Shown: positions 27,186 through 37,341 of the stretch, in pieces
Numbering within the stretch: the first letter of the stretch is position 1
Layout of the letters: every line of letters begins with the position of its first letter
DNA from: Nitrososphaerota archaeon
GTDB lineage: Archaea; Thermoproteota; EX4484-205; JAAOZP01
Direction: 5' to 3'
Length of the DNA stretch: 64,000 nucleotides
Assembly (NCBI GenBank): GCA_011605725.1
Contig: JAAOZP010000012.1
Span: forward strand, 216,821-280,820
Translations under genes and position numbers: made by a program
The notes under the pieces: generated by a model
Told to the model about the DNA's origin: nothing
Seen by the model: only the letters and a program-made list of their open reading frames with translations
The model's database searches: none

Positions 27186-29375
27186 TTAACGTTTTTTCAG
27201 AATAATGCTTGCAACCTTATCTTTGAAAGGCGGTATTTCAACCACTAGCTTTCCATGAACCAGCCTAGCATTTAGATCAGCATCCTGACCGTCAACAGTG
27301 TAGAGTTTACATTCCACTTCACCAGTAAAGCTATAGAAATCAGCGTCAACCTCTATTAGAAAACAACTATTTTTCTCAGATCTGTAATCAATAATGTTTA
27401 TCAACAAGCTTCTTCCATCACAACCTTTAAACGCTTTCACAACCACCTTCTCAGAGTAACACTTTAACCCCAAGTCATCCATGAACCTTGAATCATACTG
27501 TAGCCATTTAATCCTCTTCCTGAGAGCTATCAGTCTCCTCACATACTCAGTTAACGGCTCACCCCTGTTAATCCTTGACCCCAGTGGAAGCGGTGTCACG
27601 TCGAACCTGAATCCGAGCAGGTATACCCTGTTTATAAGGTCTTCCAAGCCAACTTCACCACCCATGTCAGGGTAGTAGCACTTGCCTATCCATTCGACAG
27701 GCGGGTTAGCGAAGCCGTCAATTATAATATACTCTGGGAAACTGTATGCAAAAACTTCTGGGGCAGGATACATGGTTTGGCTTGAGAAACTAGTATAGAG
27801 ATGGAGACTACAGTACTGCCCCACTGAATCCCCGTTTCCCTCGATACATATGGAGAAGTCTTGGTTATGCTTCCTACCTTCTTCAGAGAGCCTCCGTATT
27901 GTCTTAACTCTTCCCTGAGCTGAACAACCATGATGCTTATGACCATGTGCAAAGTTGAAACAGTAGGAAACAGGTGGGGAAAAAGTTTGATCTATATAGG
28001 CGAAGTCTGCACCATACTCCTTCAAGTATTTTTCCACAACCCAGTGAACCAAGTAATTCTGCCATCCCTCAGAGTACGTGCACATTATTCTGAAACCATC
28101 GTTTTCGAATTCTCTTCCAGGATACTGCACGGTCACTGACCCGTCGAAATTGGTTTGAGCATAATTCCTGAACTCGCCCATCCAGTCCGGGATCTTCTCA
28201 GATTCAGGAATCCTGATGCGTCTCGCGGAAAGGTATTCTTTTACAAACGGCGAGAATGCTTGAATGTTGAAGTAGAAACCTACTGTACCACCTTTACTTT
28301 TAACCGAAGATATTGCTTTCTTAAGCTCTTCAACAGTCCCCAGTCTTGGATCAGGATAGTAGAACCTGTAGCAACACCCGTCTCCAACCATCTGACCCCA
28401 TAGCTGAACATGGTTTAACCCGAGATATTGAGCATCCCTGAAAAAATCTTCAATATCTTTAAATTTGAACTTTATCTCTCCCCCAGCCTTAAAATGCACA
28501 CCATACCATCCGTCGCTCCATTTCAGCTTTTCAGGAATATTGGGCTTTACCATCCAGGACTCAGCCCATTCCCTATATTTGTCAGCAGCCCAGTGCCAAT
28601 CTCCTTCATGCACCCCGATTACAAACGGGCTTGACCTCCAAGAGCTTCCAGCAGGAACATATGCATACTTCCTCATGCCAAGGTTCATCACTCCTCTTGA
28701 GCAGTCAGGAATCGATTCTAAGGCAGTAAGTATCAGCTCCTTATCATAACTGGCAATATAGAGGCCTGCTTTCTCATCATAAATATCCATCCACATCATT
28801 GAAGCAAAGCCGCCGTAAAGCAATGTTCTATGATAGGTCCCACATTTCTCGACAGGGTTCTTGATTTTCTCCCCGAAGCGATTTGGCCTAACCAGTATAT
28901 CGTCTTCACTAGAATCGCCTATGCATACTCCTTTTAACTGTGGAAAGCCTACTCCGACAACATCGTCTGAACAACCTGGATTAAGAGTGTTGTCCACCTC
29001 AACATCACAGCTTATAAGCTGACTTTCACCCTCAAGCATAAAACTGCATTTAACATCTACTGACTCTATCCTATGGAGGATCTCTACTGAAGAACGTGAA
29101 CCATCCTTGCTTAAACGGATTCCCCTCAGGGTCTCAGGTCCAGATGAAACAACTCTAAACGGCTCATCGTCATTCGCATAGACTGATGATTTCTTTCCCT
29201 TCTGAAGAAGCCAAATGTAAACCAGCTGGTCGGCGGAATGTTTTAGATATGTGGTTGAAACCGTCTTGTTAAGGATCTGTCTTATCCCTCCGCTTTCAGT
29301 GCTGAACACCACCTCAACCTTACTGTTGCTTAGAATTAAATCATGATCCTCCTTTTCATCATACGATGAAACCAT
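27186..29375 (-). CDS. Putative glycoside hydrolase (DUF6259-like; GH36-like architecture)
   Basis: N-terminal beta-sandwich, HEGDWHWAADKYREW, YPDPRLG and YIDQ...CF...HGH TIM-barrel motifs. Confidence 0.7.
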   Translation of the reverse strand: MVSSYDEKEDHDLILSNSKVEVVFSTESGGIRQILNKTVSTTYLKHSADQLVYIWLLQKGKKSSVYANDDEPFRVVSSGPETLRGIRLSKDGSRSSVEILHRIESVDVKCSFMLEGESQLISCDVEVDNTLNPGCSDDVVGVGFPQLKGVCIGDSSEDDILVRPNRFGEKIKNPVEKCGTYHRTLLYGGFASMMWMDIYDEKAGLYIASYDKELILTALESIPDCSRGVMNLGMRKYAYVPAGSSWRSSPFVIGVHEGDWHWAADKYREWAESWMVKPNIPEKLKWSDGWYGVHFKAGGEIKFKFKDIEDFFRDAQYLGLNHVQLWGQMVGDGCCYRFYYPDPRLGTVEELKKAISSVKSKGGTVGFYFNIQAFSPFVKEYLSARRIRIPESEKIPDWMGEFRNYAQTNFDGSVTVQYPGREFENDGFRIMCTYSEGWQNYLVHWVVEKYLKEYGADFAYIDQTFSPPVSYCFNFAHGHKHHGCSAQGRVKTIRRLSEEGRKHNQDFSICIEGNGDSVGQYCSLHLYTSFSSQTMYPAPEVFAYSFPEYIIIDGFANPPVEWIGKCYYPDMGGEVGLEDLINRVYLLGFRFDVTPLPLGSRINRGEPLTEYVRRLIALRKRIKWLQYDSRFMDDLGLKCYSEKVVVKAFKGCDGRSLLINIIDYRSEKNSCFLIEVDADFYSFTGEVECKLYTVDGQDADLNARLVHGKLVVEIPPFKDKVASIILKKR

Positions 29376-29472
29376 GCTTCTTTAAAAAGCCGTCAAGCAT
29401 AAATGTTTTTCCCGGCTGCCGAAAACACGCTAAATTTTTAAGCCCATTGAGAAGAAAACAATAGGTTGAATA

Positions 29473-30240
29473 TTGAAGATAGATTGTCATTCCCACATTA
29501 ACGGCAGGTTCTTTAAATGGGGAGTGGAGTTGAAAAATCTTGTAGAGGCTGCTGATAAACTCCGTATCGATAAACTGTGCTGCTCAATACCCTTCGTTGA
29601 AGGCATGCCTACACCTAGCGAGTTTAAAACCTGTAATGACGAGATGGTTAGAGCGATGAAGGAATACCCTGGCAAGATTCTCGGTTACTGTTTCGTTAAC
29701 CCCGGTTATCAACAGGAATCTCTTGAAGAGGTTGAGAAGAGGGTTCTGGAAGAAGGGATGATCGGCGTAAAACTGTACAACCAGTATAAATGTTCCGATC
29801 CAATTGTTTTCCCAATTGTTAAGAAGACTGTAGAGCTTAAGGTTCCAATCCTGCAGCATGCAGGACATCTTACAGATCCTGCTGAAGCCTCCAGGCAGCC
29901 AAATATTTCTGATGCTCGCGACATCTCCTACTTGGCCTCTCTGTTTCCGGAAGCAGTGATAATAGAGGCTCATCTTGGTGGAGGAGGAGACTGGGAGTGG
30001 GCTTTGAAGATTTTGAGAAACACTCGTAACGTTTACGTTGATACGAGCGGCAGCGTAATAGATTGCGGGATGATAGAGAAAGCAGTTAAACTCTTAGGTG
30101 CGGAAAGACTGCTGTTCGGCACTGATTTAAGCATGGAAGAAGGAGTTGGTAAAATATTGGACGCTGAAATAAGTGAGCACGATAGGAGCCTCATATTTGG
30201 GGAAAACATGCGGCAGATCCTAGAGGCGAGGTTCAGATGA
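29473..30240 (+). CDS. Amidohydrolase family 2 protein
   Basis: IDCHSH, GVKLY, LQHAG, AHLGGG, VDTSGS and LFGTD motifs. Confidence 0.92.
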   Translation: MKIDCHSHINGRFFKWGVELKNLVEAADKLRIDKLCCSIPFVEGMPTPSEFKTCNDEMVRAMKEYPGKILGYCFVNPGYQQESLEEVEKRVLEEGMIGVKLYNQYKCSDPIVFPIVKKTVELKVPILQHAGHLTDPAEASRQPNISDARDISYLASLFPEAVIIEAHLGGGGDWEWALKILRNTRNVYVDTSGSVIDCGMIEKAVKLLGAERLLFGTDLSMEEGVGKILDAEISEHDRSLIFGENMRQILEARFR

Positions 30241-31040
30241 TTATAGACTTCAACACGTATCTTGGGCAGTGGCCATTCAGAAGGCTTTGCGCTAGAACAG
30301 CGTTAGAAGCCTTAAAGTGGATGGATAAGAATAGGATAAGCATTGCAGTAGTCTCATCCCTCAACTCTGTGCTCTACATGGATCCGCACGATGGGAATTA
30401 TGAACTCTTAGAGGAGGTTGAACAATACGGTGAAAGATTTGTTCCGCTTGCTGTTGTTAACCCCAAATACCCGGGTTGGGAGAACGAGTTAGAGGAATGC
30501 ATTAGCCTCGGTTTCAGAGGGTTGAGGCTATACCCGCAGTACCATAACTATTTGTTAACGGATGAAGATTGTTTAAGACTTGTTAAAAAAGCCTCTGAGA
30601 AGAATCTTGTCGTCTCGATACCGGTTAGGCTTAGAGACGGTAGGGGGCGTCATTGGATGGATTTGGCGAGAGATATTAGTCTAGACGAGTTAAAACAGCT
30701 TGCGGAGAAATCTCCGGAAACGAAGATAGTGGTTCTAGAGGCAAGGGGGGTTGTCGACACCCCATTAATCAATTATTCCAACGTGTATTTCGAAATATCT
30801 AGGATGAATGCTGCTTTCGGCGAGATTGACAGGTTGATTGAACAGGCCGGTGATTCTAGGGTGGTTTTCGGATCCGGATTTCCATTGAAATACTTGCAGA
30901 GTGCCATCTTAAAAACTAAACTTATTAAGAAGCCGAGGGAAACCATTGAGAAAATACTATGGAGGAATGCGTGCAGCCTCCTGGGCTTAGATCAAAAAGA
31001 ACTCCGGTTAGGATCTATTGAAAACATGTTCCTTCCGTAG
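30237..31040 (+). CDS. Amidohydrolase family 2 protein with degenerate metal site
   Basis: IDFNTYLGQWPFR, RLYPQYH, FEIS and VFGSGFP; HxH replaced by NxY. Confidence 0.85.
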   Translation: MIIDFNTYLGQWPFRRLCARTALEALKWMDKNRISIAVVSSLNSVLYMDPHDGNYELLEEVEQYGERFVPLAVVNPKYPGWENELEECISLGFRGLRLYPQYHNYLLTDEDCLRLVKKASEKNLVVSIPVRLRDGRGRHWMDLARDISLDELKQLAEKSPETKIVVLEARGVVDTPLINYSNVYFEISRMNAAFGEIDRLIEQAGDSRVVFGSGFPLKYLQSAILKTKLIKKPRETIEKILWRNACSLLGLDQKELRLGSIENMFLP

Positions 31041-31530
31041 TATGTTAGAAGAGTGCCTATAGCCTCACCAGCCCCCACGTTCGAAGAGACTACAGGCGTA
31101 GCCATAATCCCAATATCGCTGCGAGCAATGTTTCCTGTTGCAGCACTCATGCATTCCCAGACGCTTGGATGTTTCAGGAGAAATCTTACGGTCGAGTTTT
31201 TCACAGCCTTTAAAAGATCAGGATAGTAGTTGAACGCTGCAGCCATTGCTAGAGAGCATGATTTTGCCCATACTGGGCCTCTCCAATAAACATCTTCCTC
31301 AAAACCAGGTTGGCTGGGAGCGAGAGTATAAACCCCGTAGTCCCCGATCAGTCTGAGAAAATTCTTTCTAGCTTGCCGAGCCTTCTCGGGATCAACTAGT
31401 CCGTATGCAAATGGGAAAAGCCCATCCACACCTATCCTAGTGTCTAGAGAACCATCCTGGTGGAGTACACCGTACCAGTGTAAGTCTTCATCCCAAAGGA
31501 TTCGATTCATGGCCCGCCTAGTTTCCTCAG
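30992..31530 (-). pseudogene. C-terminal fragment of a GH63/MGH1-like (alpha/alpha)6 glycoside hydrolase
   Basis: AEETRRAMNRILWDE...YWRGPVW...WECM..TG; the frame begins in the GCGCGCGCG run. Confidence 0.75.
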
Positions 31531-31538
31531 CGCGCGCG
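31530..31538. repeat. (GC)n palindrome copy at the hydrolase breakpoint
   Basis: AGCGCGCGCGA seen directly. Confidence 0.92.
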
Positions 31539-31824
31539 ACGGTTGATACTTCATCGTCCTGAAATGGAAAACGTTTCTAGACAGCCTCCTGCCTGACAAG
31601 TCTGGGAAACTGTATTCTCCGAATTTTAAAGCAGCGACTGGAGCTTCTTCATAAGTTGTTTCCTCCCTGTTGTCAAGGAACCAGTCGGTAGAACCGAAGT
31701 CAGAAGGATATGCAAACGAAATAGAGAAGTCATCCTCCTTCACAAGGATAGCAGTACACCGGGGCAGCTTCTCATTAAAACTATCTTTCACTAGATTCCA
31801 AACATCCTGCCTTCTCGATAACAT
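31531..31824 (-). pseudogene. N-terminal fragment, probably of the same hydrolase, joined out of frame at the palindrome
   Basis: ORF has a normal start and an upstream TATA-like sequence, and stops shortly after the GC run (SRALRKLGGP*). Confidence 0.55.
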
Positions 31825-31923
31825 TACCTGAATAATAAAGCCAGCTTAGTATTAAGGCTTATTTTAAGAATTATTAACAAATCTTTAAATAATGCTTACA
31901 AAGACTTTTTAAGAGGGCGAACA

Positions 31924-33138
31924 TTGGCAAAAGTTTCAGTTGTAAAGATTCCGCGAAAATGTTTCGACGAAGATGTATTCAATGGCGTGGAGCATAGCAT
32001 AGAGCTACTAGGGGGACCGGAGGCATTTGCAAAAAGTGGTGACAAGGTGGTTGTGAAACCTAACGTTTTAAACGCTAGTGACGTTGAGACAACAGACCCC
32101 CGCGTAATATATGCTGTTTCGAAAATATTTAGGAATATTGGATGCGACGTAATCATTGGTGAGAACCCGCTTGTTGGAACAATATCCAGCGAGGTCTTTG
32201 AAAAGATGCGGATGAGAGAAATCGCTGAGAAGGCTGGAGTCAGATTTGTCGATTTCCGTAAGGATGAGCAGGTAACTGTAGATGTTCCAAACGCAAGAGG
32301 CTGCCACACGTTAAGAATAGCTAAAACAGTAATGGATGCTGACCTCATAATTAGTCTACCAGTTATGAAGCATCATGGATTATGCAACGTTACGCTGGGA
32401 TTGAAAAACATGTGGGGCGTTATAGGACCATCTCAACGGCGACTCGGCCACCTTAACAGTCTTAATTGGACGCTTGCAGAGTTAAACAGAATCCTACGAG
32501 TGAGACTAACTGTTATAGATGGTTTAATAGGAGTTGGCTACAGTGAGGCTTTCCCACTGGGGCTTATAATAGCTGGCGATGATCCTGTTGCAACAGACGC
32601 CGTAGCCTGCCTTAGAATGGGTTTCAATCCAATGAATATCGAGCATATTCGTTATGCTCACGAGCTCGGATTGGGAGAGATAGACCCACAGAAAATAGAA
32701 CTGACGGGAATAACGCTTGACCAGCTTGTTAGAGATGGAAAAGCTGCGAGAAAAATGTTTGTAATGCCTCTTGCGAAGCCTGCGAGGCTTCTTAAAAAGG
32801 CTAGGAACGTTAAGCTAGTTCAGGGGGATGTCTGCTCCGGCTGTGAGAAAAAGCTCTCAATAGCGATAAAAAAGATTGGCGTAAGGCAGATTGCTGAAGG
32901 TCCTAGAATGGCGATCGTTATTGGCAGGGGTGCTAAGCCTTTAGCTGGACGTATAAACATTATCATAGGCAGGTGTCTCCAAGAATACAGAGACAAAGGG
33001 ATCTTTGTAGATTATTGTCCAGCCTATGATTCGGATATACAGCAGGCTATTGAAGTTGCTCTCGGAAAACGAGAGAAAATCACATATCTCTGGGACGAGC
33101 TTGAGCAGAAGATGGAGAAGGGATTACCCGGAGCCTGA
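31924..33138 (+). CDS. DUF362-domain protein with C-terminal Cys-containing extension
   Basis: VVKPN, TDP, LPVMKHH..VTLGLKN, D.VATD; C-terminal CSGC, IGRC and CP. Confidence 0.88.
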   Translation: MAKVSVVKIPRKCFDEDVFNGVEHSIELLGGPEAFAKSGDKVVVKPNVLNASDVETTDPRVIYAVSKIFRNIGCDVIIGENPLVGTISSEVFEKMRMREIAEKAGVRFVDFRKDEQVTVDVPNARGCHTLRIAKTVMDADLIISLPVMKHHGLCNVTLGLKNMWGVIGPSQRRLGHLNSLNWTLAELNRILRVRLTVIDGLIGVGYSEAFPLGLIIAGDDPVATDAVACLRMGFNPMNIEHIRYAHELGLGEIDPQKIELTGITLDQLVRDGKAARKMFVMPLAKPARLLKKARNVKLVQGDVCSGCEKKLSIAIKKIGVRQIAEGPRMAIVIGRGAKPLAGRINIIIGRCLQEYRDKGIFVDYCPAYDSDIQQAIEVALGKREKITYLWDELEQKMEKGLPGA

Positions 33139-33155
33139 GTGGTTTAAAGGGATTA

Positions 33156-33165
33156 AGCGCGTGCT
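33156..33165. repeat. Palindrome copy with one mismatch, AGCGCGTGCT(A)
   Basis: Seen directly; intergenic between convergent genes. Confidence 0.75.
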
Positions 33166-33219
33166 AAACTGAGTAGAACAGGTTCCAATAGTATGTTTTG
33201 GCGATTGAGACTACTGTCC

Positions 33220-34496
33220 TTAGGAAGACTCATCACGGGCCCCCTTCGATGACCTAAGGCAGTCAATAATCGCTTGAAATATTTGGTCTCCAGCATCTGG
33301 TGTTACTCTGCTCCAGCGTGCAAGCCTGGTTTCATAAGACCCTTTTTCAAAAGCTGCCTTATCAGGAATATATCCAACATAATCCTCCGAGTATGCGGAG
33401 ATTATTGTAGACCCATATCTCATTGTATTCGCCTCCTTATTTATCTTCAACCAGAATTCGACGAACAGTTCCCCGGGAACAGATATGAATGCGACCTCGC
33501 TCCCCAGAGTCAGAGTCTGAACCAGCGTTTCAACCGCTCTCTTACTCTCCTTCGCAATTTCATACTCCTCATCAGCATAGAGAAGACTTGTGGCACACAT
33601 TTGATCGTCCAACTTACTCTTACAAAGCTCATACTGCTCTAAGAATCTTCTCCTCGCCACTTCGAAGGGAGGCGGTCCCTAAGCTTCAACCTTACGATTC
33701 TATTCTGAACACTTATCCCATCGGGGACAAGTTCAACGGTGTTTCTCACCGCATCCATTAACGCGTGTTCCATACTTAAGCCCATTTTCGACATGAACCC
33801 CCTGCCCTTCTCCACAGGGTCAATATCTCCTGCCGATCCGGTTGTGAAAAAGACTTCAAAACCGTTTCTAAGCATCCTGGCGTAAAGTTCGCCAGGGTAG
33901 TCTGCGGAAACACCAAGATCAGTATTGCATACAGGGTGGCAGCAATAATTCGTCAAAACAATGTTAGAATCTCTATTTCTGATAAGCATGAAAGGCATGC
34001 GTTCATCGACAACATCATTCTTATACGTCCTATTGTAGGTTAAGCCCAAGACCTGAGTCATTCCGAGCCTAATGGAGGCGGGTATAGAGTTTTCACATGC
34101 TTCAGCCGCGGCTTCGACAATGCTCCCCATGAAGAAGCCCTCCCATTGTTTAAAAACCCTTTTCTCTTGACTCGTATATGGAAAAGTGTTTGGCCACATT
34201 GGAGTTATTGTCTCAGGCCCCGAGTGAGTATGCGTTGTTGTTAAAAATATTCGGGTTGAACTTATCCCAACCTTCTCTTGAATAATCCTCTTGACGCTGT
34301 CTGCAAAGTCCCTGTAAACTCCAAGCACATCGCAATGTATTAGAAGCACGGCTTCACCACGCGACTCCATATGTATAACGCTGACCATAAGAGGATCATG
34401 GATTGATTTAGAAGGACGGCCTAATCTATGCGCATAACCACCCAGCCTCAACCCTATGGGAGGCGTCACATCCCTCTTCGCATAACCAATCTTCAT
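33220..34496 (-). pseudogene. Neutral/alkaline ceramidase-family hydrolase split by a frameshift near 33675
   Basis: DVTPP..GY, HDPL, THTHSGP, CHP and SADYPG in 33639-34496; PGELF and YVGYIP...YE in 33220-33660. The frames join as LKLR/PPPFEVARRRF. Confidence 0.8.
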
Positions 34497-34666
34497 ACCT
34501 ATACGCCCTCTGGAAACGAGCCTCAACCGATTTTCAGCTTCGCAACATATTAAGTTTTTCGCGAAACATCATTTCCCCATCTTTTTGAAATCCTGATCAC
34601 TATCAGAAGAAAGGTCTTAAAAAGTCGTCCAGCTAAGAACGCGTGTTGTTGAACCAGCCTGCTACT

Positions 34667-35986
34667 TTAGTCGAGCTCTCTGATCTGCCGTTTCCTAGCG
34701 CCTCTAAGCCTCAATCCGTATTGAATCGTTAGAAGCTTCTCCGGCGTGAGCAACATACTGGTAGCGTAGAGGACGAGGACCGTTAAGGCTGCGGAATACG
34801 GTATCCCGAGAATAGTTTCTAAAGGCACTGACGTCATCATGTCTCTAGCTATCATTATTGGGTATGATGTTGGTAAAGCATATACTAGAAGCTGGAGAGC
34901 TAGAGGCAGCGTGCCTAGGTCCCCGTACATCATAAGGAAAGAGGGAACCATTATTGGGACTATTACTACTACCAGAAGAGAGTTCGCCATCCTGACATCG
35001 CTGCTTAGCGCTCCAATCGCCACGCCGAGAGAAGTTACGAAAAGTATTGCAAGTATCAGGCTGACGGCGAGAAGTATAAAGCTTTCTGGCGGTGGCGAAG
35101 GAAGTAATTGGGAAATGTTTCCAATGGGAAAGCCGAAACCTTGCATTGAAAGCATATTGTTAAAGTATAGGATGAACCCGCCTGTAAACAGGATGCTTCC
35201 AATCACAGCCAAGATGGAAGAGCCAAGCAGCTTTGCCAGCAGAATTTCATAGCGTGTCACTGGAAAGGTTAACAGCGTCTCCAACGTTTTCTCCTCGTTC
35301 TCAACCGCGGTTGCGGTAGCGGCGAACTGAACAACGGTAATCGATAAAATTAAAAGCAGCAGTGGAATCATAATACTGTATCCCATTAGGAGTTGATTGA
35401 AAAATATTTGAGGAGGAACTTCAATTATTTTGTCCTTAAGTATTGAACGGGCTGAAATATTGAACGGGTCTCGAACAACATCCGGAGAAATATTCGGATT
35501 AAGCTTCGACACTAACATGTTGCTGAAAAATTTCGAAGATAAGGTTAACATTCCCTCGATAGACGTGTAAACTCCTATTGAAGCTAGGCTCACGCTCTCC
35601 ATTACCACATACACCTCAATGCTTGCCTTCCTGTAGTTAACTAGATCATTCTCAAACCCTTTTCTTATAACTAGCAAGGCTTTTGAACCGAGGTTTCTCG
35701 CTTCACCGATCGCAACCTCCAAGTCAGGAACATCTATTTTTACAATATCTGCACCTAGGCTGACGGACAGGTTTAAGAGGGTGTTGCTTAACGCAGTCTT
35801 ATCACAGTCAAGCACAGCTATCTTCACACTCCTAGCGCCGGCTTCGATAGAGCTGCTCATCGAGGTTGAAATCAGGAAGCCGAGCAGCGGCATCAGTATC
35901 ACTGGTATTACAAGGCCTATGTATATCCTAGGGTCTCTCAGAAGATCCTTAACCTCCTTCTCAACCAGTGGAAAAAGCCTCCTCAT
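34667..35986 (-). CDS. ABC-2 type permease (NatB-like)
   Basis: KEVKDLLRD, large extracytoplasmic loop, ENEEKTLETLLTFPVTR..ILLAK, multiple TMs. Confidence 0.92.
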   Translation of the reverse strand: MRRLFPLVEKEVKDLLRDPRIYIGLVIPVILMPLLGFLISTSMSSSIEAGARSVKIAVLDCDKTALSNTLLNLSVSLGADIVKIDVPDLEVAIGEARNLGSKALLVIRKGFENDLVNYRKASIEVYVVMESVSLASIGVYTSIEGMLTLSSKFFSNMLVSKLNPNISPDVVRDPFNISARSILKDKIIEVPPQIFFNQLLMGYSIMIPLLLLILSITVVQFAATATAVENEEKTLETLLTFPVTRYEILLAKLLGSSILAVIGSILFTGGFILYFNNMLSMQGFGFPIGNISQLLPSPPPESFILLAVSLILAILFVTSLGVAIGALSSDVRMANSLLVVVIVPIMVPSFLMMYGDLGTLPLALQLLVYALPTSYPIMIARDMMTSVPLETILGIPYSAALTVLVLYATSMLLTPEKLLTIQYGLRLRGARKRQIRELD

Positions 35987-36714
35987 CTACTGGCCACCTC
36001 GATAAAAGCCTCTTCCAGATTCGAAGCTCCAAGCTCATTTTTAATCTTCTTCGGCTCTCCTTCAAAAAGAACGTGACCCCGATGTATGAAAGCAACTCTG
36101 GTACACAGGTATTCTACTTCAAGCATATTATGGCTCGAAAGAACTATCGTTCCCCCCTCTTTGACATGTCTGCTTATAACCTCCCTTATGTGCTTCGCAT
36201 GGAAAACATCTAAGCCTGAAGTAGGCTCGTCTAAAATCGCCAGCTTCGGCCTCGTCATCAATGCTCTAGCTATCTGGAGCCTCCTCTTCATACCCTTGCT
36301 GTAAGTCTTCATCCTATCATCCACCCTTTCACCAAGTCCTGAGATGCTTATTGCCTCCTCAACAGCCCTGGATGCTTCAACATTTGAATCAAAATATATT
36401 CTTGCAACTATAGACAAGTATTCGCGTCCACTCAGGTTTCTATACGTGCCAGCATCTTCAGCCAAGTATGAGATTAAAGGCCTGATTTTACTAGCTTCTT
36501 TAACAGCATCATAGCCAAGTATTTCGACGTAGCCTCTTGTCGGCAGAAGCAGTGCCGCCATTATTCTGAGAATAGTTGTCTTGCCCGCGCCGTTCGGCCC
36601 TATTAACCCATATATTTCACCTTTCTCAATCTGTAGCGAAACCCCGTCGACAGCCACTAGATCCCCGAAGCGTTTAACAAGGTTTCTGACTACAACTATG
36701 CTTCCAGCCCTCAC
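35983..36714 (-). CDS. ABC transporter ATP-binding protein (NatA-like)
   Basis: GPNGAGKTT, YSKGM, ILDEPTSGLD and SSH motifs. Confidence 0.96.
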   Translation of the reverse strand: MRAGSIVVVRNLVKRFGDLVAVDGVSLQIEKGEIYGLIGPNGAGKTTILRIMAALLLPTRGYVEILGYDAVKEASKIRPLISYLAEDAGTYRNLSGREYLSIVARIYFDSNVEASRAVEEAISISGLGERVDDRMKTYSKGMKRRLQIARALMTRPKLAILDEPTSGLDVFHAKHIREVISRHVKEGGTIVLSSHNMLEVEYLCTRVAFIHRGHVLFEGEPKKIKNELGASNLEEAFIEVASR

Positions 36715-36788
36715 CGTGAACTCGTCCTATCGTAAGAAGGAAACTATTTAATTCTTATGTGGAAGGATACGGAGGCTGTTCAAAAGGT

Positions 36789-36796
36789 AGCGCGCG
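36789..36796. repeat. Palindrome copy AGCGCGCG within AGGT...ACCT
   Basis: Seen directly; in a divergent spacer. Confidence 0.88.
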
Positions 36797-36865
36797 ACCT
36801 CAGATTCCAGGTGCAAACAACCTCTAAGAAAGGTTTAATAGCATGCGAGTAACTAAACATTAAGA

Positions 36866-37297
36866 ATGAGCGAATTACGGTATTATAGAGACTTCTCTTT
36901 AATCATGATGAGCCGGATTCTTGAGAAAGAATTTGGGAAGGAGGCACTGGACGTTTTGATAGACTGGAGGAATAGGAGGATCGAGGAGGAATGGAGAAAG
37001 CGAAGCCTAGAGGCGAAGGACAGGACTCCCAGATACTTTCTAACATTGTTCAGCAAGGAGGCTCATGAATTTGAAGTCTTAGAAGAAAGCGAGAAAGCTT
37101 TGGAAGTTATCGTTAAGAAGTGTATTCATGCGGAAATCTTTAAAAAGTTTAACGCAACAGACATTGGGGAAAAACTTATCTGCAGCGGGGATCATTATGT
37201 TGTAAAAGGATTCAATCATGGGATAGAACTTGTTAGAGATAAGCTTTTAATGAGAGGAGACGACTGTTGCCATTTCCTTTTTAGGTTGAAAAAATAA
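36866..37297 (+). CDS. L-2-amino-thiazoline-4-carboxylic acid hydrolase-family (ATC hydrolase-like) protein
   Basis: VKKCIHAE, ICSGD and LMRGDDCCHF Cys pattern. Confidence 0.8.
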   Translation: MSELRYYRDFSLIMMSRILEKEFGKEALDVLIDWRNRRIEEEWRKRSLEAKDRTPRYFLTLFSKEAHEFEVLEESEKALEVIVKKCIHAEIFKKFNATDIGEKLICSGDHYVVKGFNHGIELVRDKLLMRGDDCCHFLFRLKK

Positions 37298-37341
37298 TGA
37301 TTCTGAAAAAACTTATAAAGCGATTGCAGTCGACCGTTCAC

